64,000 nt of DNA from Antedon mediterranea (GCF_964355755.1 NC_092675.1:19936912-20000911); one strand, 5' to 3'. Shown: positions 27,201-40,765, numbered from the stretch's first letter. The notes: a model not told the origin generated them from the letters alone. Program-made: numbers and translations.

Positions 27201-30200
27201 GCACGCTGTAGCATGTCTTCAAACTGGTTGGAAATACAAAATAATAATACATATTAGGAATGAGTAAAAAGTATAAGATTTCTGATATAACTTGGAACAA
27301 ATGTACTGCGATGTTAATTGATTAGTAGTCTCTGCAGCTGTAGTGTGTACTGGGCAAGAATTTATATCCAAAAACTGTCAGTTATTCTAAATACTGCAAG
27401 GAAATTGCCCCAGCGCAAATGGCACAAGTATCAAATCATAGTTTAGGGTGAGAGTACAAAAAATGTGTATCTGTACTCATACTCATGTTTGCACTGTATT
27501 TTATGAAAATAAAAATAAATGTTGAATCATTGATCAAATCACAGCAAGAAAGGACTTTTAAGAAGTTAATTTATAAAAGAATTTGTATATAAATATGAAG
27601 AATATTTACATAGAATGCGGCTTCATCTCTGGTAAGTTTCTTTGTATCAACTGTGGGGGCTGGGCCTGGTCTGGAAGGCAGAGGTGATTCAGCTAATGCT
27701 TGACTTGCATTTAACAGGCTCTCAAATATATCTGTTATGCATTTATAACACTCAAGCCTAATAAAACAAAGAAAACAATAAAGTGGATTAAATTAATTAT
27801 AACACAGAAACATACTTTATCTACTCGTCTCGAATGATTAACTGGGTTCTTTAAAGTGCACACGGTTTATAACTGTGTACACTGGACCTAAGGTTTATAG
27901 TCCTTATCCAAGAAGATTTATTCCACCACCAGCAAGGAGCTAGTCGGCCTCGAACCCATGCCGATATTGTTGGCTCCTTAGGTACACCCCTGCCTTAACC
28001 GCTTGGCCATTTGACCCACTACATAGTCTATTACAAATAGGTTTCTTCCAAAATGTGTGCTTGCTGCGGTGACTACTTTAAATTTTTTAAATGGGCAATG
28101 TGAACTTGTGCATAAACAGTTGTCAGTAACACTTTACAGTTTTAATAGTCGCATGTTGCACTGACATAATAATACCTTTTAACAAATGCATCCATTCCTT
28201 TTTTCAGTTCTGCAGGCTGACCATTCTTGTAATAATGCAGAGCAAGGTTCTGAGGATCACGCTTCGTAGCAGCCGCCAAGCATAAATCTATTACTCCATT
28301 GTAAAAATGAGCTGCAAAAATAAATTTCACATATTTCTTTAATATGGAGTGTTTGATATCTATTCTATATTAGGATTGTTTACATTAATGCGAGAATTTT
28401 ACAATCTGGTAAACGTAATGAGATAAAGATTCATTTGTTTTTATCAAGCACACTCAGTTTAGAAAATTGTGAAGTGCTTTAAAATTGTGCATTTTAAAGA
28501 TATGTTTGTTTTCACATTTTTTTTTGGATATGCCATTTTAATGTCACGTAATAGTTACTAACTTTGACCAAAAACGGGATCCAAAAAAAAATTTTATCTG
28601 AAAAAAATGTAATTTAAAGCAAATAATAATTAAATTGTAATTATAATCAATTATGATTACCTTTGTGAAAATCAGCACATATTGAGACCAGATTAAGAGC
28701 ATGACTGATCTGTTTAAAATACTGCAAAGAATCTCTCAACAGCTGGTCTTTGTTGGATTTGGTCTCGCATTCTAGGGCAGCACTTAACATTTCAGTTGCC
28801 TAAAAAGAAATAATTTAACAAATAAACTTATTTTCTATACTATAAAGAAGGATGTGGGAGATATATATATATATTTGTAGCATTGAAAAAATGAAATCTG
28901 TATAAAACCAAAATACACAATTTTATTTCACTGTATAATGTAAGGTTCAACAGCAATAGAAATGATAAAATAATAAAATACCAATTAAATTTTAATGTTA
29001 TTGTAAATGATAATTATTTTTGCTATTTTACATTTTGTATATACTATTGTTTGTATATAAATCCAAAGGCTTACTGAAAAATAACAATGTTGTGGGTATA
29101 TCAGTGGCTGGATCTCAATGAAGATACAGAATAAAATAAGCAAAAAGCTAACAATAAAGTAAAATAGCAGAAAAGAAAAATGAGCAGAGCCTTCGGGCAA
29201 CAGCTAGCCCTTCATCAGTGCAAGTGAGAGTACTGTACTTGAACAAAAAATGAGAATATTAGGCAGACAAGCACTGCCTGAGTGGACTGGAATAAAAGAA
29301 ATAAAAACAAAGGAGGCACATGCTGGTGAATAGAGGGTGGAGAGAGTAAGAGTAGAAAACAATGAAGATAGCTTGGTAGATATAAACAATTTTGGAATGG
29401 AATTGATTATTGTTTGTATATATATATATATATACTGTATGTCCTGCCTTTTAAAATTTGTAATGATTCTGTTTAATGTTCTAGTAAATACACTTTCCAA
29501 TTTCTGAGAACAATACTGATTACTGACCTTTGAACAAATGGCATCATCAACTGTGTACAATGTTGGACAGACATCCCGTAGTTTCTGACTTATTGCATCA
29601 GTAGTTGTATTATCCCCAATGTAACATGAAATTAAAGCTGATATCATTGAACTGCACATCTGAAATTTAAAAAGCAAATTTATGATTCTATTTTATATAA
29701 AATTTATCTGAATACTTAACAAAGGAATTTGATGTAGTTAATCGTATTGTATATTAAAAATAAAACATACTTCTTTCCCATTAACAACCAAGTCATTAAA
29801 CGTCATTTTGCTGATTCTCTCTTGAGCATCCTATAAATACAAGTAAAATCATTTCATCTGATGAGTCACTGAATATTATTTATGCATTTGCCAGTTTGTT
29901 ATTAGCATTCCAACATTCTAAAATGAAGATCCTTATGTAGTAATGGATCTGTAGCTTGGTGCCGGCCTTCTAATCCCAAGATCCAGGGTTCAATCTTGAT
30001 CAGTGTAACTGTAAGGGTTGTAACACACGACTGTTTCTACTCCACTCATAAGCCTAACTGAGCTTTAGTTTATAAGCACAATAAATTATAGTTTTTCAAG
30101 GGCAGAAATAGTATATAAATTTATTTTAGCTGTCAAAAAGAGGGAACGCACATCACAAGCGCAACTTCCCTGAATCTGTTAGCACTCAGTTATCCATCCT

Positions 30201-33200
30201 GTACTTGGCAAGTTTCTAATTGGTGGGTGTGTATGAAATAGACAACAAAAAACAAGGCAAGGAAGAACAAAGTGAGGAAGAAGAAAAATGTAGTTATACC
30301 ATTATAAGATGGCTGGCAACAATGTGGAATTGATGATCACAGAGTAACTTCCACAATGCCAACACCTCGCACGACCTTTTCACAAGTTGTTCTAAGTCCT
30401 GCAGTGCTCGCTTCTCAGCGTTTACAGCAAACACTGAAATAAAGTTTATACAAAAATGTTCATGATAATTGTCTAGCATATTATATTGTTAGTGACGCCA
30501 AAAGGTGACACTAACCGTTAAGTGGTTTGATTCAAACATAGTTTTGTAGAGAGCTTCATAAAAGACAATTTAGTTATTTAAAGAAGTAGTTGTAATTTGG
30601 TATTTCATTTTAGTTTTATTTCGGAAACAGACGTCCATAGTTACAATATCAATTGCATAAATAAGTTTAAATAAAAAAGGCAGACAGGATCTCCATCATG
30701 AACTAGTACGTGAAGCCTAAACATTTGAGCTTCTTCATAAAAACACAAAATCTATTCATGTGCTTAGTGTCTGTAGTCATGTTGTTGTCACTTCGTGGCA
30801 TCACCGATGATATAAAGCATAGTCCTTGGATAGGATATAAATAGTTTTAAACATCATATAAATAGTTTTAAAATGTTTATTTTTATTTGATTAGAGAGAC
30901 AGCTGATAAATTTACCTAACAGTGAACGTTGTTCCTGTTTGCTTTGTAGTCCCAAAACGGAGTCTGCTCTTCCAAGTCCAGGGGTCTGATCTTGAATACT
31001 GTTAAGAACATCAATAGTTAGAATTACAACAGAATTTTAAATGCAGAATGTATTAAATGTATATCTGTACCACGTTGGTGTAAAGTCCTGTTTTTAATAA
31101 TTGATCTGATTGTGATGAATTATCTATAAGATTGTTGTTAATAGGTATAAATCAAAGTGTTATAAATACTACTAGAAACCTTTGTGAGATATCAGAAAAC
31201 TGTGAATGCTTGTCAAGAAAGGTATTTAAGGAAAGGCACTCGGCTAAGAACCACGAAAGATCTGTACTGTCTTGCGAACTGTAAAACTGAAACAAAAACG
31301 AAATTACTACCATTAGTGAAAAGGTTCATCTGGATCTCTGTATAGTATTTATAACTTCTTTTTTTTTCTTTTGGATTATCCAAAAGAACAATTTAAAGAA
31401 ATCACTATTAAAATTAGTTCTTATGAAAAATTATGTGTATAATTAAACATGGGTCCATCTATAGTAGAAGATAAATGTGTAATAAAGGCAGCGTACAACT
31501 ATTTTGGCATCCTTTCTTTTGCTCAGTCTAGCTTCATGTACAATCTTGCCATCCCAAATAGGCCTTAAAAAAAAAAGAAATATAGTCATACAATATAAAG
31601 AAAAGGGAAATTGTTTTTTAAGGGCCCAAAGTTATTTGCCCTACAATTAAATGCATTCTGTTTGTAAATAACTCTTATAATACTTACGATAACAATCTAG
31701 AAAAATAAAGATACAGTCCTTTGAATTTGCCAGAAAATTCAATGTCTGGATGAAGGTCACCACTGGCAGTCCCTTGATACGCAGGTGATCTTTGATAGTC
31801 TGTATTCAATGGAGTAGAAGCTAAACCAGGATGCATACCTGTAATGTAATCAAAACATACATATAATAATATAAACAAAGTCAAAACTCATTTATTTTAT
31901 CTGTGTTTTTGACTTTACAAAATGTTGGTAACACACTATCTCCTCTACTACTACTACCACTAAAATAAAAATACCTGCAGCAGGAGTTGCTATGTTTGAG
32001 GCCTGAAGCATGCCTTGGCCAGACACTGGTGTAGTAGATGCTATAAATAAAATAACAAATGTTAAATTTCCAATACAAAATAAAATAATCATTATGTATA
32101 AACGGATTTATGGAAACTAAGTGGCCTCCAGCGCAGGAGGCTGGAGGTCTTTTTAGACATATTTTAACACTTTTTTGCTCTGGGGGAGCACCCATTCCAC
32201 CACCCCCCCCCCCCCAACCCACAAGCTCCAAGGTTTAACCCTCATCTCCTTTACGCAAGTGCAAAAACTAAATTAATTAAGGGTGCTTACTGAAAGATGG
32301 TCCGATACCAGTTGGCCGTGCCGTATCCAGCATGCCCTTAGCTTTAGGTTCACCACCATACCTGAAGAAAGCCTGAGCAGCCCATTCAGACACTTGCTGG
32401 TCCTGGGCTATCCGCGAACATGCCAAAATAAGACAACTAGCACATGCTTGATCAACCTAAGGTAAAACAGAATTACAAAGTTTGTATAGCTGAGTTTAGA
32501 CAAATTTTATTTTAAGTTGAGGACCACCTTAAAAATGGGGAAGAAAGAAATAGGGGCTATCTACAAAATCTTGTTCTACTGAATACTTTTAGGTAAAATA
32601 AAACAACTCTAAATGAAGAGATGGAAGACATATTGAGAATTCAATGTTCAAGGTATATTTATTTTATTTATATATTCTTCATATATATATATATCACTTG
32701 CACTGATGAAGGGCTAGTGTTGCCCGAAAGCTCTGCTAATTTTTCTGGCTGTTTTACTTTATCGTTTTGATTTAGCTTTTTTTTTGTATCTCCATTGAGA
32801 TCCAGCCAAAGATACCCACAGCATTGTCATTTTTCAGTAATTTGCCTTTAGATTTATATATATATATAATATATAAATCCAAAGGCAAATTACTGAAAAA
32901 ATGACAATGCGAAAAGCTAAATTAAAACGTTAAAAAGTAAAACAGCCAGAAAAATTAGCAGAGCTTTCGGGCAACACTAGCCCTTCATAAATAGACGTCA
33001 CATAGTCACATGGTTAATACAATTGCTGGATGATGGATGAGCAAAATCATAAATGCATTTCATAACCATATTGCCTGTCCTTCCCAACCTGCACAACATG
33101 CCATACACCACCTTATGCTGTAGCTCATAGAATGAGTAAATGTGGTTTTCTACAAACATGGTGCTGGCACTGCATGTTTGTAATAGTTTTAATGGTTAAC

Positions 33201-36200
33201 TTATTTGAACTTACCATGTGTAATTTGAAGAATGACTGCACCATGTTATTATCTGGTCCTCCGTTTGTTACCATTAACTGTCTGAGTTGATCAACAGGTC
33301 GAAGCTTGTTCACTAGATAACTCCCCTTCAAGACAAATTATTATTGACATCAATCATAATGCAATATAGCAATTACTATTTTTGTTTTCTGAACTTTGGC
33401 TTTATTATCCATAAATAATGAAAGTGAAATCAAAGTTCTTTATTAATTAGACAATATTTGTAGGTATTTCACATTAAATGTCCATAGTTTGACATATGCC
33501 ATTGATGTTCGTTTTGAATAAATTGATATAGAAACTTACATGTGCACTTAGTACGACAAATCGTGTAGGTAGTTGTCTGTGTTGACGTACAACCAAGGGT
33601 GGATCTAAAATCGGGTCTATAATTGATGGTCTTTTAACCTTTGTAAGTGACTCTCCCTTCATTTCAGCTATAACCCATGCATGGCTGTCAATTGGCAGTT
33701 TAACCTAATGGAAAAGGAATAATGATTTACTTCCACTGTTAGGTTCAATATAATAAAAAAAGGACTGGTTAATGAAACATGGTTGTAATGTTTTTTCATG
33801 TGTTTTATATAATGATTCATTATGATTCATTATGACCCCAATAAATTAAAAGTACTCCAAATTCTCACATAGGTTTCCATGAGTTTTTGTTCAAATGGGA
33901 AAGCATCTGGACTTATGCACCAAAGCACATCACTATCTTCTGTTTCAGAGGCACAAAGAAGAACAGTTCCTAAAATGAAAACCAAAACAATTACATGCTT
34001 AATATATTTTCCAAATTACACAAACTAACAGCGGTGTTCGTGTTGAAAGTAAGCCAGCCATGAAATATACAAAAACATTTTCAATCCTATTCTGCATTTT
34101 GTCAATGAAGAATCTTAATTTGATCATGATTTACACTTTATTCTATTACTAATGCATAAATTAATAAAAATAAGTTAAGTTAATAAGTGGAGAATTCAAG
34201 GTAACATATGTCCATAATAATTATATAAAATTTCTAGACAATGTGATTGACAATGTGTGTGTACTGGTCCTTTTCGTTGTGGACGAGCGCCGTTTGGTGG
34301 CAGCACTTGACATAAATGGACCCTTAGGGGAGAAGAAAGTTCTTGTATGTGTTGTCCACACCTCTGTGCAATTCACCTCAGTTAGGCTGCATGACATATG
34401 TTATTCTCCCAAATTTACATTTGCTTTTATCATATTTACACACCATATATTTCTTAATGTGGATTCCCCCTGGTGTTAAACATTTACCTTGTGAGAAGTG
34501 TGCTGCATGAACATTGTCTGGGCGTTGATTAGAATTAGATGTGAAACCTGGTGGTAATCGTACATGAAGCAGTTTCAACATGCATGGCCTAGAATCACTT
34601 ACACTCCTATTGGCCGCGAAAACATTTGTTGTCATGTACAGCCGAACTCCTGAAAATATCAAGTCAACCTTTTGTTTTAAATTTTGTTTTCCTTCTATTC
34701 CAAAAGAATATATACCAATAATTTTTTTATTTTTATATATTTTTTTTTTAAATATGAAAATAATTTTGGTACTTTCTGGTACAGTACAGTATATACATGC
34801 AACTCGGGTAATGCCAAAAAAGAAATACTGAATTATTTTATTTATTTATTCAAAAATATTGCAACCGAAACAATGTTCCCACTTACAGGTGATGTTATAT
34901 AAAAAATTCAAAAGATTTAAAACACCCACCAGTCACAAGTTAGCGGGAAACATGTACACGGCGTTTAAACATACTTAAAGAATCAGAAATCAAATCTTCA
35001 GGGAAATTAACAACAAATTCATTTTATTATGTTAATATAGGATAAATAATGTGAATTGTTACCTGTATGTGTAACAGCCACAACATGCAACATCCTTGAA
35101 TCTTTCTGAGTTAAAGCTGAAATATGTACAATCTTCTTAAAATGTGAATGATCTATCGATCTGTAGGAAAAAGTGACATAAATTAAAGACACTTATAATT
35201 ACCAAACAGCGATAAAAGGTCACAATTTAGAAGTTTAAAATTACCAAACAGAGAGGTTAGCTGTATTAAGTAAGCAGGAGTCAATTAAACTAATTCCTGT
35301 AATTCAGTTAGGCTTTCCAGAGAGAGCGAGTGGCCGAGCGGTGGAACCGTAATTACGTAGCCATAACATCTGAAAGGGTTCAAGGCTAAGTCGCTCAATG
35401 GTTCTGGTGGTAGAACGAGTCTTCTCGGCTAAGGAAACCATAGGTCCAGTGTACACATCCACCTCATGTGCACTTTAAAGAACCTAGTACATCTTTCAAG
35501 ATGAGTAGGGGGTTATCCCGGTGTACTAGTACATCACAGTCACTGATCATACCTGAGCCCTCTGGGTCAATTCAATTCAACCATGTGTGACTATATTCAA
35601 ATAAGGTCCTGCACAATATAAGAAGATGATGATTCAGTTAGGCTATCAAGACAGGGTTCCAGAACTGTCACTTGACTTATAGTAAATATAGTAATACTAG
35701 GTTTGGTAGGACTATTAGCATTTATAACTGTACATTCACACTGCTAGTGTTGTCTTACTGTGCAATGGCTCTAGCTTCCTTTATAAGTGTGTTCAGATAT
35801 ACTCTTGAGATGAGGCTCATTGTTGAACAATCTGCCCCTAGGTCATAGACACACAGGTTGCTGCATTCAGATAGAGTGTATAAGATATGTCGGCTATCAT
35901 CAATTGATATCTGGACAATTGGATCTGAAAGAAATGCACAATTGATTTTTACTGAACCATTCCTATTCAATACACACATGCCTATTCTATTTGTTTAAAT
36001 AAATTATATGATCATACATCAGCCGTTTTTCACACAATAATATTTCATCATTTCACAGCCAAGGCAATTTCTTTTACTCTCTCTCAGAATTCTGGTATTG
36101 TCAATGGTTAATTTATGCCTACAATGGCAATTAAGCAAACAAATTTAAAGTATGTTTATGAAACCTTTATGGAAAAAAAAAAAAAAAAACTCTACCTTCA

Positions 36201-38856
36201 TCAGAAAAACTCAATATGGAAGGTATTAGAAATGATAGTGATGTTTTACTGTGGTTAACCTTATAACACTTTCGGCTAAACCAACCATCATGAGCCTAGA
36301 GGGTAAAGGAAACACAATGAATAATATGATTAAAATAAACACATCAGACACATAGTATCTAAGCAATGTACAAGGACAGTACACATAATACATTTTAAGA
36401 TGGTTCATATAAATTTATAAATTCAGTAATTTGTACTTGAATGTAGTACAATTCAATATAGTAAATAAATCAACTATCCATTTTGTAAAATATATACAGA
36501 CAGTCATACAAAGTTTAGCCTAATATCTCTTAAGCTCTGCCTACACTATCAAACTAGTTTAAAAAAAAAGTGTGATGTGCCAAAATATGGTAGTGATATG
36601 CCCAAATATGGAAGTGATATGACATCATCATGTCCATATATGGGCACATCACATTTTTGGTCACACAAGAGTGTGATAGTGTAGACATAGCTTTAATGTT
36701 TTTACATTAATTTACATTTAACATTAAAATTCCAGAAAATGTTTAAATACTCACTTGATAAACAACTTCATAAATGCAGCCATCTTTGCCAGCAAGAAAG
36801 ATTCGGCCTGAGGCAGTACCCACAATGCTCAGCATGTACACATTGTCAGTCGGTATTGAAAACAAAGGATCAGGTAATAGATGCATTTCAGCCTCGCCAT
36901 AATAATTATCTATAAATTCACCTATAAAAATGAATATTTAAAATATTACTCGAATGAATTAGGAGATTACATATGTATACTGTTGATAGAAATAATAAAT
37001 GTTTAAATGAGTTATAAAAATGTTAATTACCTTGCTGTGGTTTAGTGAAACTAACTCCAAGAAGAGCAATTTTAACTGGTGTGGTAACAACCAACAGAAA
37101 CTTGATATGCGGCTTAAAAATACCTGGTTTAGGCTTGACAAGTCCAGCCGATAAAATAGTCTCATTCAGCCCATCAAAGTATGCAAGATCCCCACTACAT
37201 TGAGATAAATTAGACAATTAGCATATTGGACAATGATTTAATTTATGTTTAAAAGTAAAGTAAACAACACCTACCCATCCTCATAGTTCCAGACATAAAT
37301 ATCACTATCAATGGATAGCCATGCTCTGCTAATGGTGGGAAATACACCCATGCCACAGTTACATTTCATATCTGGTACAACATTAAGGTATTAAATATAT
37401 AACACAAATCATTGCTTACCAAGTAAAATAAGAGTTGTGGCCTTACATCATATTAGGGACTTTACGAGAACACGACAGAAAGCCATAGGACGGTGCTCAT
37501 GAATAATTTATGCATGAGTTTTAACAAAGTGGGTGGAGCAGAGCTTAGCGTGAAATTACGTTGTCTTAACTTTTTGACGACAATATAGTTGTCATTTTCC
37601 CGTTTACGGAGAACGACTAGAAATAATATACATATAACCTTAAATATACAGTTCTAATTACACTTAAACTTGGAATTTCAAAACTCTAAATTTGAACTTA
37701 AAATTTAATTGTTTAACGAAAAATAATATTTTTATTGGGGTAAAAGCAATACATTCTGTGCAGCATTTGAATGCGAGGCTCCTAGCTAGGAAGGCCTATG
37801 CTGGAGCAAAGCGATTCAGGCTGCGAGACAGGGGAGGGAGAGAGATACCGTCGGTCGTCTGGTTTATAACTAATAAAACGGCTATGTTGACTGTATATGA
37901 TTTTACACTCTAGCGAACAAAGGATATTCTTTGTCCTCCCCTAACCGTCGTGTTTCATAAAGTCCCTATTCTAATTAGATATCTACAGTACTGTAAACAA
38001 TCATATCATATCAAATACAAACAAAAGGATGTCAAGGTGCTTAAGATAGATGTACTTAATATTATCATTCACTGTTATTGAATAATTTTTAATTAAACAG
38101 TATTTCATTCTTTTACTTCAGTCAGTGAAATGTACACATTTTTATAAGATATAATTATAAATTGGAAGGATACGTTGAAATTGTTCAGCAAGGTCTGGTG
38201 GAAGAGGAACTCGTTTTACTGTACTCAGCTCAACCAGATGGGATAGACTAACACTCTCTGAAACAGACGGATAATCCAAATCAGAATTTCCACTCACAAC
38301 TGTAAAAACAAAACATGCATTAATTATAGAAAGTTGAATGTTTGTTAAAATAATGAAATATATTTGTGTGAACTAAAGTTTATGTGTACTTTCCCATTTT
38401 ATTTCAACAATATTTTACAAGAATGGTCCATCCTAACTCAAAGCTGATCATTGACATTAGGGAGGGACCCTCACAAAAATCAAATTTGACAAGTCATCCA
38501 TGATCACTTTCCTATACTATAATTTCAAATTTAATTAAATAGAATCTACACAAATTAAAATCATAAATGTACATGTCAGGAAATCATGTTTATTTATGGT
38601 AAGGTCAACTTTTACGTTTTTTTCTTCACACAACATGAAAATAATACAGAACTGAAACGCTGTGTGAAGAAGGCTTAATAAGTTTGGTTTGTCTGAATTT
38701 AATATTTCAATTAATCAACTTTCAACTATGAATATAGAACTTACAGCCAGATGGAAGTAGAGTTGCAAGTTCTTTAAAAGATCTGTCCTGCTGTATAGAG
38801 CTCTGCACATGTTGCGACGATGAATGCAGGGTGTCATCGTGATTCTGGCTATACAT
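21216..38856 (-). CDS. NUP155: Nuclear pore complex protein Nup155, ~1359 aa
   Basis: 33 phase-consistent exons: 38856-38745, 38299-38174, 37371-37275, 37194-37031, 36921-36755, 36295-36196, 35924-35759, 35160-35063, 34649-34488, 33969-33869, 33704-33540, 33325-33215, 32456-32291, 32040-31975, 31838-31688, 31563-31497, 31286-31180, 30998-30916, 30433-30300, 29830-29771, 29659-29528, 28799-28661, 28311-28176, 27757-27610, 27223-27119, 26822-26668, 26387-26258, 25095-24982, 24464-24344, 24187-24077, 23489-23353, 21931-21825, 21357-21216. Motifs: [73 protein letters not shown]. Confidence 0.96.
22476..23272 (+). mobile_element. DINE-1/HINE-like non-autonomous Helentron-associated element
   Basis: A-rich start AAACAAG, subterminal AGTCGCGTG / CACGCGACT inverted repeat, two (GACA/GACC)n blocks within a duplicated segment, and a terminal hairpin AGTCGC-ttccac-GCGACT. 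Confidence 0.65.
23755..23800 (-). ncRNA. Minimal type I hammerhead ribozyme-like motif (Penelope-type)
   Basis: Minus strand CTGAGGA-c-GATCAA(agcata)TTGATC-GAAA-CG-TC; stem I is weak. Confidence 0.5.
25730..26235. mobile_element. Non-autonomous TIR element, family B (AWT flanks; PIF/Harbinger/Pangu-like)
   Basis: AGGAAAGTTTCGCAACCGTACGAATACGATAACG…CGTTATCGTATTCGTAAGATTGCGAAACCTCCCT. Second copy at 46421-48830 in the opposite orientation. Confidence 0.8.
27815..28017 (-). mobile_element. tRNA-derived SINE with Deu-like core
   Basis: Minus-strand A box TGGCCAAGCGG and B box GGTTCGAGGCC, then GTGCACTTTAAAGAACCC…GAGTAG shared with 35322-35565. Confidence 0.7.
29040..29420 (-). mobile_element. 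Penelope-like element end with hammerhead motif (GAAG variant)
   Basis: Minus strand TTGCA-CTGATGA-AGGGC…GCCC-GAAG-GCTC-TGC at 29183-29224; adjacent sequence is homologous to 32700-32990. Confidence 0.55.
32694..32990. mobile_element. Inverted pair of Penelope-like terminal repeats with hammerhead ribozyme
   Basis: 32694-32860 and its reverse complement at 32872-32988. The plus copy reads GCA-CTGATGA-A-GGGC(tagtgtt)GCCC-GAAA-GC-TC-TGC. Confidence 0.7.
35322..35565 (+). mobile_element. tRNA-derived Deu-domain SINE
   Basis: A box TGGCCGAGCGG, B-like GGTTCAAGGC, core TTAAAGAACC…GAGTAGGGGGTTATCCCGGTGT resembling the recalled Deu domain of AmnSINE1/DeuSINEs. Confidence 0.7.
37372..38173 (-). other. 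U12-type (minor spliceosome) GT-AG intron of NUP155
   Basis: Donor GTATCCTT; branch-site-like TACCTTAAT about 10 nt from the AG; no polypyrimidine tract. Confidence 0.88.
37455..37967. mobile_element. MITE with ATT target duplication (PIF/Harbinger/Pangu-like)
   Basis: ATT|AGGGACTTTACGAGAACACGAC…GTCGTGTTTCATAAAGTCCCT|ATT. Confidence 0.75.
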
Positions 38857-39247
38857 GCTACTCTATTAATATTACAAAAAAATTATAAAACATACAAAAA
38901 TATTTTAAAATAACACATTTATAACAATTTTAAATATTAAATATCACAAACATGACAAATAGTTTACAAATAAAACTACAATAGTAAAATGGGTAAGCTT
39001 ATAATTATATAAGGTGCTAATGCATTGGAGAAAAGGGGGAAACAGACTACATACTACTGTATATGTCTAGGCCTGCTCCAGCCTGCCAGGGTTATGCATG
39101 GGTCGATCCCAACAGGCTACAACACTGCATTTCCTTCCTGCCGACCAGTCCGCTCAACTTGCCCTTCATTTATTTAGCCTAAGGCCCAGGCCTAGAAATC
39201 CCTAGCCTAAAAAAGGCAGATTGCCCTAATGATCAATAACACCATAC

Positions 39248-39440
39248 CTTTTCGTATCGTCAATATTATGATAATAATACCAGGGCTTATGTTTTAAAAG
39301 AAAAAAAATACAAGTTATTGAAAAACAGCAATTATAAACAGAAACTTGCCGCTAAATCTTCTCATCCATGGCGCGCACATGCAGCCCGAGCAATTCTTTC
39401 AACAAATAAAGTTTCAATTAAATGTATGGCGCGCCAATGG
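39248..39440 (-). promoter_or_regulatory. Probable NUP155 non-coding exon 1 and promoter
   Basis: Donor AG|GTATGG at 39247; GC/CpG-rich GGCGCGC motifs at 39370-39435; the first coding exon has an acceptor 6 nt before the ATG. Confidence 0.5.
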
Positions 39441-39484
39441 TGCCTTCTTAATTGAGTATTGTATTTTCTATGTTTTTGGTACTG

Positions 39485-39760
39485 TAGTCTTCAAGAGTAA
39501 CAAGAATATTTCTTACAAAAAACGCTGCTCGCTTATTGTTATTGCTAAGGTCAAGTCTGGGGGTCACTTCATCACGCCTAGATACTTCAAGTATCCTATT
39601 ACAAACAAAAACTTCAATGGACTGTTTTGATAATAATTCAATGATTATCTGACAGCGAATTATAGTAATATCATGGGACTCATAAATACCAGAAATGCTT
39701 TGGGATTTGTCGTTAGACTCTTTTCCCAGCCGTTTTTGGATTCAACAGGTGGTACCTATA
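39485..39760 (+). mobile_element. Possible highly decayed L2/CR1 LINE fragment
   Basis: Frame-switching peptides (LQ…NAARL…HFITP…YHG…PE…PSR) recall the L2 RT C-terminal region; many stops. Confidence 0.3.
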
Positions 39761-40377
39761 AATTATAGTGGAGTTTCCATTTTAACAAAAATGTCAAAGT
39801 GTAGTACTATAAAGCTGCTTGATTTCATCTAATGAATGAGTCATCTCGTGTGACGTAGCGGGCTAGAGCAGCAGCGTGAAAATATGGTAAAAAGCTGTAT
39901 CAATTACTTTTACTATTTTGGACATACACAAATTAGTGTCACTGTTGGATGAACACCGCTAAGAGTTTTACAGTAAAATAAAAGTCATTTATTACATTAC
40001 AGAATACATAATTTATTTTAAATCAACCAAAACTGAGAAAGTCATTACGGTATATACTGAATTTAGCACAAACTAAAAATATTTGTTTAATGCACTTTTT
40101 AACATTTTTATACCATAATATTAATTTAGCAATTTACTTAAGAATGTTAGAAATACTGCACTAAAAAAACTAAAACTCAAATGAAATAATTATTTTATTT
40201 TATCGTTCATTCAAAAATCACATTCATGAACAAACTTTGTACACCTTCTAGCACCTACTGAAACCTACAAACAACTAATAATTACTTAATTCCAGCACAC
40301 ATTTAAGATAACTAAAGATAGAAATATCAAATGTACAAGTACTATTGAATCACGTTTACCAAATCAATACACCATAA

Positions 40378-40765
40378 AGGCCCATTTAAACTAGAACGAT
40401 CGACGGTAAATATATAAGCATGCATTTTTTTAACATAAAACAAAAGAAATTAGAACGGTTTTCGTTCTAGAACTATAGGATAATCATTTATGCTGTCTTT
40501 GATAAAAATAATATTTTTAAAATTCCAATCAAATGATGTCATGATAAATAAAAACAATAAAATCATATTGTCACAATATTTTTGCTCTTACTAATCATGA
40601 CGTCATTTGATTGGACGTGTGAAAATATCATTTTCATCAAAGGAAGCATAGATGGTTATTCATAGTTCTAGAATGAAAAGTTTTTATATTTCTTTTGTTT
40701 TATGTATAAAAATGCATTTTTGTCTATTTATCATCGATAGTAATCGTCCTAGTGTAAATGGGCCT
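40378..40765. mobile_element. Foldback MITE, PIF/Harbinger-like TIR
   Basis: AGGCCCATTTAAACTAG…CTAGTGTAAATGGGCCT; nearly the whole element is an imperfect palindrome. Diverged interior copy at ~1245-1435. Confidence 0.75.

Noticed and set aside
29204-29677. 157-aa ORF as a standalone gene
   Set aside because: It is a NUP155 exon (29659-29528) read through into intron and Penelope-like sequence.
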